A DNA stretch of 53,469 bases from Prorocentrum cordatum (lineage: Eukaryota): assembly GCA_963575745.1 (NCBI GenBank), contig CAUYUJ010000312.1:62001-115469 (forward strand), given 5' to 3'. The translations under genes were made by a program, and so were the position numbers. The notes beneath the pieces are model-generated. The model was not told where the DNA came from. It saw nothing but the letters and a program-made list of their open reading frames with translations, and did no database searches. Shown one piece after another: positions 1 through 13,289 of this stretch. Position 1 is the stretch's first letter; every line of letters begins with the position of its first letter.

Positions 1-154
1 TTCCAACGCCACGGATCAACCTGACTGTGGCGTTTTGACACTCCTGAATCGTGCCAGAACGCCATTCCCGGGACTCCAGCACAGCGAAACAACGTTGTTG
101 CGCCCGCATAATCCTTAATCCTTTCAGCACATTATTTCTGGTACGTTGATGATG

Positions 155-560
155 GGAATCCGTGAAGCTCGTGCAATTTGTGTCAACGAATGTGCGCGGT
201 GCTAAGGTGAGAGCCACAGTTTGAAAAGGATCTGCCCTCAATCCGTGAAGCTCTTGCAAAGTTTTAAAACGAATGTGCGCCCCAATCCGTGAACATCGGG
301 CAACCTTTAAAAATGAATATGCGCCGCGCTCAGGCGAGAGCCACACTTTGAAAACGGGTCGCCCTCAATCCGTGAAAGTCTTGCACATTTTTAAACGAAT
401 GTGCGTCGCGCTCATGCGAGAGCCACATTTTGAAAACGACCCGCCCTCAATCCGTGAAACGCTGGCAATCAAAAGCGAAGTTGCGCCGCGCTCAGGCGAG
501 AGCCACATTTTGAAAACGACCCGCTCTGCATCCGTGAAGCTGTTGCCAATTTTCAAGCTT
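155..560 (+). repeat. Degenerate ~82-bp tandem satellite (AATCCGTGAA...GCGCTCAGGCGAGAGCCACATTTTGAAAACGACCCGCCCTC)
   Basis: AATCCGTGAA recurs at ~157, 240, 284, 368, 449 and 530; reverse-complement copies occur at ~31315-31700, ~32050-32210 and ~39885-40255. Confidence 0.85.
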
Positions 561-663
561 CAGAGTCATAAGTGGTGAGGGAGTCTCAGGCGAAACGCCC
601 GGCGCGCCCTAAGCACTGGTCTCGGGGTACTACAGGGAGAGACTATTTACAAGGAAAAGGAAT

Positions 664-812
664 GGAGGGAGGAGGGAGGCCGGAGGAGGGAGGAGGGAGG
701 AGGGAGGAGGGAGGAGGCGGAGGAGGGAGGAGGAGGAGGAAGAGGACGAGGAGGAGGACGAGGAGGAGGAGGTGGCGGAGGAGGAGGAGGAGGAAAAGGA
801 GGAGGAAGAGGG
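664..812. repeat. (GAG/GGA)n purine microsatellite
   Basis: Direct inspection; similar tracts at 1722-1810, 2078-2160 and 2518-2563. Confidence 0.95.
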
Positions 813-1192
813 AACTCTTAACAAGAGTTATACGTATAACAAGAATAGTGTCAATACTAATAATAATACGATGAAGGATAGTACGAAAATGGTTATTGAT
901 AAAAAGATCCATGCTAATACTGATAATCGTACAACGACTAAGAACACATATGAACACAATAAGCATACTAATACGACTAATACTAATCGTATTCGTAGTA
1001 AGGAAAAGCATACTGATAAGAGGAAGATGAGTACTAATAGGAATGCCACTGTTAATTTAGATATTACTCGGACGACTATCTCGAAACATATTAAGAGTAC
1101 GATTGAAACATAATGAATGCTGATAGCACTAATCTTAATATTATGATTAATGTTTGTAAACTTATTAGAACTAATACTACTAGTACTCGGAC

Positions 1193-1580
<388 letters not shown>

Positions 1581-2215
1581 ATACTCATGCTAATACTAAC
1601 CGTCGTAATACTAATAGCAACACTAATAGTAACACTTATACTAATAGCAGCACTAATCGTAACACTTATACATCGTAGCAGTAGTAATAATATTCTTAAT
1701 GCTACAAACAATAAATGCTATGAGGAGGAGGAGGAGGATGAGGAGGATGAGGCGGAGGCGGAGGCGGAGGCGGAGGCGGAGGAGGAGGAGGAGAAGGAGG
1801 AGGAGGACGAATCACATTAATAATAGTATGAAGACGACTAGGGTTACTATGACGAATCAATATAATAACATTTTTGTAATAGTAGTAATAATCATATGAA
1901 TAATATTGATATTAGAGAGAACAATAATACGAGTAATACTAAGGGTAATAAGAAGACGAACACAAGCATACATACTATTACTTTTAGTATTAGTCATAAT
2001 GATATAAGTATAAGAACAATAATGCTAATGCTAATTGTACTAATAGTAATCATGATAGTAAGGAGAAAAAATAAGAGAAGGAGGAGGCGGAGGAGGAGGA
2101 GGAGGAGGAGGAGGAGGATGAGGAGGAGATCGGAGGAGGCGGAGGAGATAGGAGGAGGCGGACGAGATAGGAGGGGATAGGACGAGGAGGGCCTGCCCGT
2201 CGTCGGGGGGCCTGC

Positions 2216-2341
2216 CCGTCGTCGGGACGCCCCGTGGCGGAGGCGAGGTGCCGCCCGCCGCCCGCTGCCCCGCAGGTGCCGCCCGGAGCAGCTGTCGCAG
2301 TGGGCGAGCCTCGCCCCGCCAGGCGGCTTCCAGGACCCGCC
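2216..2341 (-). CDS. Candidate internal exon (phase 1 to phase 1): RVLEAAWRGEARPLRQLLRAAPAGQRAAGGTSPPPRGVPTT, product unknown
   Basis: Unique GC-rich island between microsatellites; minus-strand GGAG|GG acceptor and ACGG|GCAGG GC-type donor; helical, protein-like peptide; no transcript or homology evidence. Confidence 0.3.
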
Positions 2342-2749
2342 CTCCGGGCCGCCTCCCGGGAGCCCTCGGCATCCACCGTTGACGCGAGGGGCATGGGAGA
2401 TCGAGGATCGAGGGGGTTCGAGGAGGATCGAGGATCCAGGAGGCTCCAGGAACGAGGAGGAGGCGGGTAAGGAGGATCGAGGAGGATCGAGGAGGATCCA
2501 TGAGGATCTAGGATCGAGGAGGGGGAGGAGGAGGAGGAGGAGGAGGAGGAGGAGGAGGAGGAGGCTCGGGAGCGGCCTCACTTGGACCACCATGGGTGGT
2601 GGTGATGGTGGTGCTGCTGCTCCTGATGATGAACTTATTGTTGAGACTGAGACAAGGATGATGATGGTTCTGGTGGTGACGATGACCACGGCGGGGGCGA
2701 GTAACGACGACTATGGTGTTGTTGGTTGAGTTTCCATTTCTAAATAATG

Positions 2750-2779
2750 ATTATTGTTGTTGTTGCTGCTATTGTTGTT

Positions 2780-2838
<59 letters not shown>

Positions 2839-2840
2839 GG

Positions 2841-2875
<35 letters not shown>

Positions 2876-2972
2876 GATGTTGATGTTGATGTTGTCGTTA
2901 TTGTTGTCGTTCTTGTTGTCGTCGTAGTCGTCGTCGTCGTTGTCGTCGTTGTTGTTGTCGTTGTCGTTGTCG

Positions 2973-3039
<67 letters not shown>

Positions 3040-3061
3040 CGTTATCGTTGTCGTTGTTGTT
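2750..3061. repeat. (GTT/GTC)n microsatellite
   Basis: Direct inspection; further (GTT)n tracts at 4058-4403, 6214-6360, 7358-7538, 8435-8506, 9258-9372, 10169-10212 and 10890-11103. Confidence 0.97.
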
Positions 3062-3773
3062 GGATTCTCATTTCTGAAGAATAATTATTGTTGATCCCCC
3101 CCACCGGTGCATACTGTTTTTCTCAATCAAAGTGTGCCCCTTGACGCTCGCACCCTGTTTTTTGTCAGGGAAAGTCTTCCTGCTCAAACTGGCCCCCTGG
3201 CCCCCGGGTTACAACGGCTCCCGCCGGAGACTTCCTTACAATTTAGCCAGGACCCCCGCTCCCGCCCGAGACTTCCTCGCATTCTATTCAGGAATCGCGC
3301 TCTCGCTTGGGACTTCCTTACAATTTAATCAGGAATCGCTCTCCCGGCGCTCTGAAACCGCGCTCTCGCTGGAGACTTGCTTGCAACTTACTGAAGAATG
3401 GCCTTGCGTTGGAATTTCTTACGATTTGCCCAAGCGCCGCGCTCCCGACACCCAGGCACCCAGGAGTCGCGCCCGTTGTGGCCCCATGTGCGTGCCCTTC
3501 GTGGCCCCGCTGTCGCCATTTGTCTCCCTCACTGTCCTACGTGGCCCAGTTGCTACCCTCAGTGGCCCCATAGTTGCCTTCTGTGGCCCCGCATTATCTG
3601 CCCTAACGTGGCCCCCGCTCGTTCGCATTCTTCGTGGCCCCAGACGCATTCCCTACGTGTCCCCGCTGTCGCCCTTCGTGGCCTACTTCGTGCCCTTCGT
3701 GGTCCTGCTGTCGTTCTCTCTCGCTCTCGCTTTCGCTCGTCGTCGCCGTCGTCGTCGTCGCCGTCGTCTTCGA

Positions 3774-3809
<36 letters not shown>

Positions 3810-4055
3810 GGTCGGTCCCCTGTCCGTCCCTCTTGAGGTCGGGTCGACGGTCCGCGGCCGCCCCGCCGATCAGCGCTGCCGCTGGCCAGGCCGACGGTCC
3901 GCGGCCGCCCCACCGCTTGCCGGGGCCCGGCCTGCAGGGAAGAAAGGTATACCCCCCAGAAGGGGTTCGATCGAAGACGAAGAGGGCGGGTATCGAGGGT
4001 TTGGGAAATACGCGTTATTGGACACTCGAGAATATAAGGGTGAGCAGTCTTTAAC
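3062..4055. mobile_element. Non-coding module type A, copy 1, flanked by (GTT)n
   Basis: Starts TTTCTGAAGAATAATTATTGTTGATCCCCC and ends ...GATCGAAGACGAAGAGGGCGGGTATCGAGG...CAGTCTTTAA; nearly collinear with 6360-7352. Confidence 0.6.
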
Positions 4056-4232
4056 TTATTGTTGTAGTTCTTGTTGTGGTTGTCGTTGTTGTTGTTGTTG
4101 TTGTTGTGGTTGTTGTTATACTTGTTTTTGTGGTTGTCGTTGTGGCTGTTGTTGTTGTCGTTGGTGTTGCTGTTGCTGTTGCTGTTGCTGCTGTTGTTGC
4201 TGTTGTTGCTGTCGTCGTTGTTGTTAATTATT

Positions 4233-4286
<54 letters not shown>

Positions 4287-4362
4287 ATTGTTGTTGTTTT
4301 TGTTGTTGTTGTTGTCGTCGTTGTTGTTGTTGTTGTTGTTGTGGTTGTGGTTGTGGTTGTGG

Positions 4363-4402
<40 letters not shown>

Positions 4403-4889
4403 GTTTGAACTCATTTCTGAAGAGTCATTATTGTTGATCCCCCACCTGTGCATATTGTTTTTCTCAATAGTGTGCCCCCCCCCAACTCTCGCACCCTGTT
4501 TTCTTGACAGGGAAAGTCTTGATGCTCAAACTGGGCCCCTGGCCCCCGGGTTACAACAACAAGGGCTCCCGCCTCTCGCAATTTAGCCAGGACCCCCGCT
4601 CCCGCCCGAGACTTCCTCGCATTTTATGCAGGAATCGCGCACTCGCTTGGGACTTCGTTACAATTTATGTAGGAATCGCTCTCCCGGCGCTCTGGAGTCG
4701 CGCTCTCGCTGGAGACTTGCTTGCAATTTACTGACGAAAAGCGCCTCTCTCCTTTTTTTTTTTTTTGTTCTCTCTCTCTCTCTCTCTCTCTCCGCAATTT
4801 ACTCAAGCGCCGCGCTCCCGACACCCAGGCACCCAGGAGTCGCGCTCACGCTTAGGACTGCCTCACAGATTACCTAGGAATCGGGATCT

Positions 4890-5865
4890 CGCTGCCCTTC
4901 GTCGTGGCCCCGTTGCAGCCCTTCGTGGCCCCCTCGCTTTGATTCGTGGCCCCGTTGCAGCCCTTCGTGGCCCCGTTGCAGCCCTTCGTGGCCCCGTTGC
5001 AGCCCTTCGTGGCCCCCTCGCTCCCCTTCGTGGCCCCGTTGCAGCCCTTCGTGGCCCCCTCGCTGTCATTCGTGGCCCCATATATGTCTGCCCTTAGCGG
5101 CCCCCACTCGTTCATTCGCGCCCGTTGCTCTGGACGCCCGAAATGGGCACGGAAAGAATGGGCACGATGCCCATCAGCAGTTCCTGTTCATTTTGAACAG
5201 GGCTCGCTGTCCACGCCGCCGCGGCCTGTGTCCATTCGAGACAGGAGGCCGCCCGCCCAACAGCGGCCGCTGTTGGTTTGGGACAACATTTGTTGTTGGG
5301 CATTGTGCCCATTCTTTCCGTACCCATTTCGGGCGTCCAAAGTTGCAGCCCTTCGTGGCCCCCTCGCTCCCCTTCGTGGCCCCGTTGCAGCCCTTCGTGG
5401 CCCCCTCGCTGTCATTCGTGGCCCCATATATGTCAGCCCTTCGTGGCCCCCGCTCGTTCATTCGCGCCCGTCGTGGCCCCATATGTATGCGCTTCGTGGC
5501 TACGCTGTCGCCTTCAGTGGCCCCCTCGCTGCCCTTCGTGGCCCCCTCCCTGTCCTCAGTGGCCCCGTCCTGGCCCTCTGCAGCCCAATCTGCGTATGCC
5601 GTTCGTGGCCCCCGTTCGTTCGCACCCGTTGTGGCCCCATGTGCATGCCCTTCGTGGCCCCGCTGTCGCCGTTTGTGGCCCCCTCACTGTCCTACGTGGC
5701 CCAGTTGCTACCCTCAGTGGCCCCATCGTTGCTTTCTGTCGCCTCGCATTATCTGCCCTTCGTGGCCCCCGCTCGTTCGCGCTCTTCGTGGCCCCATACG
5801 CATTCCCTTCGTGTCCCCACCGTCGCCCTTCGTGGCCTACTTCGTGCCCTTCGTGGCCCTGCTGT
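4890..5865. repeat. ~21-bp minisatellite (GCCCTTCGTGGCCCCGTTGCA and variants)
   Basis: Core CTTCGTGGCCCC repeated dozens of times; also present at 3478-3710 and 6780-7015. Confidence 0.92.
5128..5342. mobile_element. 215-bp MITE-like element with ~50-bp TIRs
   Basis: Left arm CTCTGGACGCCCGAAATGGGCACGGAAAGAATGGGCACGATGCCC matches the reverse complement of the right arm (CTTTGGACGCCCGAAATGGGTACGGAAAGAATGGGCACAATGCCC); flanked by a 131-bp direct duplication, 4997-5127 and 5343-5473. Confidence 0.85.
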
Positions 5866-5890
5866 CGTTCTCTCTCGCTCTCGCTTTCGC

Positions 5891-5947
<57 letters not shown>

Positions 5948-6224
5948 ACGTCGTCGTCGTCGTCGTGGTCGGTCCCCTGTCCGTCCCTCTTGAGGTCGGG
6001 TCGACGGTCCGCGGCCGCCCCGCCGATCAGCGCTGCCGCTGGCCAGGCCGACGGTCCGCGGCCGCCCCGCCGTTTGCCGGGGCCCCGCCTGCAGGGAAGA
6101 ATGGTATACCCCCCAAAAGGGATTCGATCGAAGACGAAGAGGGGGTATCGAAGGTTAGGGAAATACGCGTTATTGGACACTCGAGTAGATAAGGGCGAAC
6201 AGTGTTAAACTGATTGTTGTTGTT

Positions 6225-6286
<62 letters not shown>

Positions 6287-6315
6287 CGCCGTCGTCGTCG
6301 TCGTCGTCGTTGTCG

Positions 6316-6359
<44 letters not shown>

Positions 6360-7352
6360 GAATCCTCCTTTCTGAAGAATAATTGTTGTTGATCCCCCCC
6401 CACCGGTGCATGCTGTTTTTCTCAATCAAAGTGTACCCCTCGACGCTCGCACCCTGTTTTTGGACAGGAAAGTCTTGATGCTCAAACTGGGCCCCTGGCC
6501 CCCGGGTTACAACAACAACGGATCCCGCCTGAGACTTCCTCACAATTTAGCCAGGACCCCCGCTCCCGCCCGAGACTTCCTCGCATTTTATTCAGGAATC
6601 GCGCTCTCGCTTTGGACTTCCTTACAACTTATTCAGGAATCGCTCTTCTGGCGCTCTGGAGTCGCGCTCTCGCTGGAGACTTTCTTGCAATTTACTGAAG
6701 AATGGCCTTGCGTTGGAATTTCCTACGATTTGCCCAAGCGCCGCGCTCCCGACACCCAGGCACCCAGGAGTCGCGCCCGTTGTGGCCCCATGTGCATGCC
6801 CTTCGTGGCCCCGCTGTCGCCATCGGTGTCCCCCTCACTGTCCTACGTGGCCCAGTTGCTTCCCTCAGTGGCCCCATAGTTGCCTTCTGTGGCCCCGCAT
6901 TATCTGCCCTTCGTGGCCCCCGCTCGTTCGCGCTCTTCGTGGCCCCATACGCATTCCCTTCGTGTCCCCGCTGTCGCCCTTCGTGGCCTACTTCGTGTCC
7001 TTCGTGGCCCTGCTGTCGTTCTCTCTCGCTCTCGCTTTCGCTCGTCGTCGCCGTCGTCGTCGTCGTCGTCGCCGTCGTCTACTACGTCGTCGTCGTCGTC
7101 GTCGTGGTCGGTCCCCTGTCCGTCCCTCTGGGGGTCGGGTCGACGGTCCGCGGCCGCCCCTCCGATCAGCGCTGCCGCTGGCCAGGCCGACGGTCCGCGG
7201 CCGCCCCGCCGTTTGCCGGGGCCCGGCCTGCAGGGAAGAAAGGTATACCCCCCAAAAGGGGTTCGATCGAAGACAAAGAGGGCGGGTATCGAGGTTTTGG
7301 GAAATACGCGTTATTGGACACTCGAGCATAAAAGGGCGAACAGTCTTAAAAT
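6360..7352. mobile_element. Module type A, copy 3
   Basis: Collinear with 3062-4055 along its whole length. Confidence 0.6.
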
Positions 7353-7431
7353 TATTATTGTTGTTGTTGTCGCCGTCGTTGTCGTTGTCGGTCGTTGTCG
7401 TTGTCGTTGTCGTTGACGACGTTGTTGTTGC

Positions 7432-7505
<74 letters not shown>

Positions 7506-7537
7506 TTAGTATTGTTGTTGTTGCTGTTGTTGTTGTT

Positions 7538-8433
7538 GAACATTATTCCTTCTAAAGAATTATTATTGTTGGGACCCCTGGTGCGCGACCTCTGCGCCGC
7601 GCCTAGGCCGCAGCTACATTTTCATCATTTTTTCGCGAAAGCTTCAGAAAAGTGGATGAGCTCCGGATCCGGTTTTTTGTTGACGCTCGTTTTCCCTTGC
7701 AAAAAACAATAGAAAATGAAAATTCTTGTTTTTACTTGATCAAATTGCAAGAATCCCTTGCAAAAAATAAGGTAAAGTGGACATTCGTGCGCGCAAGACG
7801 AAATCCTTCCAAAACCTTAGGTTTCGTAACGATTTTAACATAAAAACATCAAAAACCCAATGGTTTTCTCAGACAAAATTGTCAAAATGTCCTTCCGCGC
7901 GCTCTTGCGGATTCCTAGGAAACCCACCAGATTTTAAACATTTCTGTTAAAAGGGCCTTTTCGAGGCGCCTTCCCAGGAATTTGCCTCAAAAATGTGACC
8001 AACTATCTTGGCACTGCGTACCATCTCACGTGTACCGTGTACCACATCTTCTCAGGTTGCCTCACACATGTGACGAATCTCTTTCTATCTCTCTCTCCAC
8101 TGGCTCTCTGTCTTGCTCTCTCTCTCTCTCTGTCTCTCTGTACTATGTATGTCATACGCAACAAATGCACCATGCGGGGCACATGCGGGGCCCAAACAAG
8201 TGATCAACCTCTGCGGGTGTGTACTCCACGCCAGTGTAGTATCCACGATCGTCCGCGCGCCACGAAGTGAAGTGTCCTGACGTCATAGGGCGGGAAGCTG
8301 GGTGTGGGTGGTTCCCGAGAGTCGTGTGGATGTTTGGTAGAGCTTGCATTGCCCCCCCACGAAGTGGGGGTATTGGCTGGCGTCGCATGAAAACCCTGGC
8401 ACTGGGGAGAACACTGAGCGTTCGGGTAAAATG
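7538..8433. mobile_element. Module type B, copy 1, flanked by (GTT)n
   Basis: Starts GAACATTATT..TTCTAAAGAAT.ATTATTGTTGGG and ends GAAAACCCTGGCACTGGGGAGAACAC...GCGTTCGGGTAAAATG; homologous to 9373-10167. Confidence 0.6.
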
Positions 8434-8506
8434 ATTGTTATTGTTGTTGTGGTTGTTGTTGTTGTGTTTTTTGTTGCTGCTGTCGTTGTTGTTGATGCTG
8501 CTGTTG

Positions 8507-9257
8507 CAAATTCATTTCTAACGAATAATTGTTGTTGATCTCCACAGATGGTTCCGCGCGCTCTCTTTTCTCTGAAAACGAGGCTCCCGCTCGAGCGTTG
8601 GCTTGAGCCTAAATGTGGGTCTTTGGAGGCCCAACTGCGACAACAACGGCAATTTACCTTGAGACACCCTGGCCAGAGAGCCTCGACCTCAGGAGCGGCG
8701 CTCTCGTTTGAGACTACCTCGCAATTCAAGAGCTCCTGCTCGGTACTTCCTCACAGTTTACCCCGAGACACCCTGGCCAGAAAGGCTCCCGACCTCAGGA
8801 ACGGCGCTCTCGCTCGGACTTCCTCGCAAGTCAACCAGATGGGCGGATGCCCAGCCACGACGACAAGGGCTCTCGATACGTCTTCACGATTTACTTCGAG
8901 AGCCCCTGTCCAAGAAGGCCCCCGAACTCAGGATCGGCGCTCTCGCTCGAGACTTCCGCGGAGGAGTCCCCAGGAGGCCTCAGCAGGACGTTCCAGGGAG
9001 ATATGTTCGGTGATCGTTTTCGGCCCACCCGCCCCCCAGGGAGGCGCCGGGAGGCACTTTCCGCATTCGCATCCGTGTTCGAAGGGCGCTGGCGGCCCCT
9101 CCGAGGGCCCTAGGAGGGCTTTCTTGATGTTGGGATCCGTGTTCGGGGAGTGCTGCTCGGCCCTCCCGCCCCCCAGGAGGCGCCAGGAGGCACTGTCTGT
9201 GTTCGAATCCGTGTTCGCAGAGCGTTGTTTCGGCCCCTTGGAGGGCCCCAGGAGTTT
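8507..9257. mobile_element. Module type C (A-like left end, internal GGCGCTCTCGCTCGAGACTT subrepeats)
   Basis: Left ~100 bp shared with 10213-10889; flanked by (GTT)n. Confidence 0.5.
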
Positions 9258-9287
9258 TGTTGTTGTTGTCGTTGTCGTTGTCGTTGC

Positions 9288-9372
<85 letters not shown>

Positions 9373-10167
9373 GAACATTATTAATTCTAAAGAATAATTA
9401 TTGTTGGGCCCCCTGGTGCGCGCCCCCCCCGCCGCGCCTAGGCCGCAGCCACGTTTTCATCATTTTCGTGAGGAAGCCTCAGGTAATTCGATGTCATCAA
9501 GATCCGGTTGTTTTGTTCCCCCCCGCTTTCCCTTGCAAAAAACACTATAAAATGACATTTCTTGTTCTAATATAATCAAATTTCAAGAATCCCTTGCAAA
9601 AAATAAGGTAAAGTGGACATTCGCGCGCGCAAGACGAAATCCTTCCAAAAGCTTAGTGTTCGGAGCGATTTTAACATAAAAACATCAAAAAACCAATGGT
9701 TTTTCAACAAAAAAATGTCAAAATCTCATCCCGCGCGCTCTTGCGGATTCGTAGGAAACCCAACACTTTTTAAACATTTCTGTCAAACGGGCTTTTGCGA
9801 GCAACTTTTTCGAACTTCTGCGACAACGGTTGCGCACCTGCCAGGGCCATCATCCCTGTCAAATAATACCATCCGCGCATGTGCCCAGCATGGCACAATT
9901 GCACCATGCTGGGCACATGCGCGCCCCGAATAAGTGACCAAGTTCTGTGGGTGTGTACCCCACGCCAGTGTAGTAGCCACGGTCGTCCGCACGCCACGAA
10001 GTGAAGTGTCCCAACGTCATAGGGCGGGAAGCTGGGTTTGGGTGGTCGCGAAGAGTCGTTTGGATATTTGGTAGAGCTTGTAATGCCCCCCCACGAAGTG
10101 GGGGTATTGCCTGGTGTCGTATGAAAACCCTGGCACTGGGGAGAACACCACGCGTTCGGGTAAAATG
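9373..10167. mobile_element. Module type B, copy 2
   Basis: Homologous to 7538-8433 at both ends and through most of the body. Confidence 0.6.
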
Positions 10168-10208
<41 letters not shown>

Positions 10209-10212
10209 CGTT

Positions 10213-10889
10213 GAATACTCACTTCGAAAAATAGCTGTTGTTTATCTCCGCAAACGGTTCCGCGCGCCTCGACGCTGGCTACATCCTCTCTGAAAACGAG
10301 GCTCCCGCTCGAGCGTTGGCATTGGCTTGACCCCACATGTGCGCCCCTGGAGGCCCAGCTACCACAACAGCGGCTCCCGCTCGATATTTCCTCACGATTT
10401 GCCCCGAGGCACCCTGGCCAGAGAGGCCCCCGAACTCAAGAACGGCGCTCTCGCTCGAGGCTTCCCCGCAATTGAATCAAGTTGGTGGAGGCCCAGCCAC
10501 GACGACGAGGGTTCCTGCTCGATCCTTCCTCACGATTTGCTCTGAGAGCCCCTGGCCAAAAAGGCTCCCGAACTCAGGAACGGCGCTCTCGCTCGAGACT
10601 TTCACGTAAGTCAGGCAAGTTGGTGGAGGCCCGGACACGGCGACGAGAGCTCCCGTTCGATATTAGTCCATAGGTATTCCGAGAGCCATTGGCCACAGAG
10701 GCCATCGAACTCAGGAATGGCGCTCTCGCTCGAGACTTTTTCGCTCTTGAGTCAGTGGCCGGCAAGGAAGAGATTCCTTCCGAAAGGGGGTACAATCGAA
10801 GACGAAGTGGGCGGGTATCGAGGGTTGGGGTATACGGTATACAGAAAGCGAGACACGAGAGCCAGGAAAAACGAACGGTCTTAAAATGC
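10213..10889. mobile_element. Module with C-type left half and A-type right terminus
   Basis: Ends ATCGAAGACGAAGTGGGCGGGTATCGAGGG...GAACGGTCTTAAAATG followed by (GTC/GTT)n. Confidence 0.5.
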
Positions 10890-10894
10890 TTGTT

Positions 10895-10969
<75 letters not shown>

Positions 10970-11001
10970 GCTGTTGTTGTTGTTGTCGTTGTTGTTGTTG
11001 C

Positions 11002-11079
<78 letters not shown>

Positions 11080-11559
11080 TGTTGTTACTGTTGTTGTTAC
11101 TTGTTTTTTCTTTTTAAATCTCTCTCTCTCTCACTCTCCCTTATATAAGTATATACTTATACAGATGCACAAACCTATGTATACACATATTCGGAATCTG
11201 TGTTCGGGGGGTGCTTCTCTGCCCTCCCGCCCCCCGGGAGGCCCCAAGAGGCCCCGGGGGACGATTTCCTGCGTCGGGATAGTTCTTTGTGCGGGGGGCG
11301 CTCTTCGGGCCCCCCCGCCCCCAGGATGCCCCCAGGAGGCCCCAGGAGGCATTCTTCTGCATTGGGCTCCGTGTTCGAGGAGTGCTTCTCGGTCCCCCGT
11401 AGATTCTCCTTTTTAAAAAGAGAATGGACTCACTCCCCCCCCCCCTGCGTTATCGTCCCCCCTTTCGGGTATGTAAATCACATATGATTCTGACCACATG
11501 TCCATCCTAAATATGAAATCGCAATGTCCCAGGCCAACCGGTATCCCCCCCCTGAGGTT

Positions 11560-12088
11560 CCCTTGTAAAAAACACTATGCGGTGACATTTTTTGTTCTAA
11601 CATAGCACTTTTTCACGAATCCCTTGCAAAACATGGGACGAAGTGCACACGCGCGCGTCGTCGCGCGCGCACGCCGAAATCCTTCAAAAACCTTCGGTGC
11701 CGGAAGGATTTCGCAATCGAGTTTCCCAAAAACATGCAAAAACACAAGGTTTCGTAACACTGACTTGCTAAAAAACGCTTACGCGCGAGCTCTTGCTAAA
11801 AAACGCTCACGGTTTTTCAAGATTTTCACAACATGCTACCAAACGGGCGTCGCGCGCGCATGTCGAAATCTGTCGAACGCCCTTGCGCGTGTGCCGTCGA
11901 GAGAATACTCTGCAAAAAGCGGGACGAAGTGCAGACGCGCGCGTTGTCGCGCGCGTACGCCGAAATCCTTCAAAACCCATCGGTTTCGGAAGGTGTCGCG
12001 CGCGGTGTCGCGCGTCCAAAAAACCTACAAAAACACAAGGTTTCGCAACACGGATTTTCAACAAAAGCGTGCGCGCGCGCTCTTGCGG

Positions 12089-12090
<2 letters not shown>
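11560..12090. repeat. Two ~285-bp units related to the interior of module B (CCCTTGCAAAA, GCGCGC..CGAAATCCTTC.AAAACC, GCGCGCTCTTGC)
   Basis: GGGACGAAGTGCA at ~11636 and ~11921; motifs shared with 7690-7910 and 9530-9745. Confidence 0.7.
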
Positions 12091-12119
<29 letters not shown>

Positions 12120-12620
12120 CTCCCTCCTCCCGCGTCGTCGTCGTCGTCGTCGCCTACGTCGTCCTGTGTCTTTCCTCGTGTTCGTCGTCGTCGTCCTCTT
12201 TGGCGTCGTGGTCGTTTCCGTCGTCGTTGTCGCCGTGGTCGTCCTTCCTCCTCCTCCCTCGTCGTCGTCGTCGTCGTCTGTCTTCGGCGTCTCGTCGTCG
12301 TCCCTCCTATTTCGTCGCTGTCGTCGTCGTCGTCGTCTTCGTCTCGTCGTCGTCTTCCCTCCTCCCTCGTCGTTGTCGTCGTCGGCGTCGCCGTCCTTCC
12401 TCCTTCTTCGTCGTTCGCGTCGTCGCCGTCCTCCCTCCTGCCTCGTTGTCGTCGTTGTCGTCGTTGTTGCTGTCGTCGTCCTCCCTCCTCCCTCGTCGTC
12501 GTCTTCGTTGGCGACGTCGTCGTCGTCTTCGTCGTCGTCGTCGGCGTCGTCGTCTTCGTCGTCGTCGTCGACGTCGGCGTCGTCGTCGTCGCCGCCGTCG
12601 TCGTCGTCGTCGTCGGCCGT
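12088..12620. repeat. (GTC)n degenerate microsatellite
   Basis: Direct inspection. Confidence 0.95.
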
Positions 12621-13289
12621 CTTGCTTCTCCGGCCTTCTTGGGGCGCTCTTGAGACGCCCCCGAGGGCTCCAAGACGACCCCGGAGCGATATCAGTGCTC
12701 GGTCCCGCATGGGTTTTGTAAACCAAGTTGCGGGTGGGTGGGTGGGATGATTGCGCGAGCAGTGGAGTTGATAACTTCAAGTTCGGCAAGTGAGCTTCGC
12801 CCCCATAGGCTTCCCCGCCTCTCTCCCGGGGCTTGCGTCCTGTTGTGATCTTCTTACGTTCCTGTAGATTACCTTCTCCTAGGTCTCGAATCCTTTGTGT
12901 GTTTACGTATCTTCCTATAGAGGGCCCCTCGACCAGGGCTCGAATCTTTTGTGCTTGCGAATATTCTTATCAATTCCCTTCGACCAGGGCTCGAATCCTT
13001 AGTGTTTCACATATGTCCCCCAGGTTGCCCGTCTCCTGGGTCTCGAACCCTTCGTGTTTTGACTCCTCACCGCTCCCCATCGTCGCACTGCTTTTTGCAT
13101 GTGTCGTGCGAGCTGAAAGTGGGAATGTGCCTCGGGACAGGTGTTGGTGGCTCGACGTCCTTGGGTGGGAGATCTGGGTGTGGGAATATCGGCCCCCCTT
13201 TCCGTATAGTTCCCCCAAGTGGAGGTGGCGTCATGATGGATGCCTGTGGCATGTTGACGCACGGCGCATGAGGGTACATTGATTGCCGT

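Larger units (their letters stand above)
4407..6211. mobile_element. Module type A, copy 2, expanded by a 21-bp satellite and a nested TIR element
   Basis: Same left and right terminal motifs as 3062-4055. Confidence 0.6.

Noticed and set aside
3963..3973. GGTTCGATCGA as a Pol III B-box or tRNA-derived SINE head
   Set aside because: Imperfect match, not conserved in the copies near 10790 and 14248, and no A-box or cloverleaf visible
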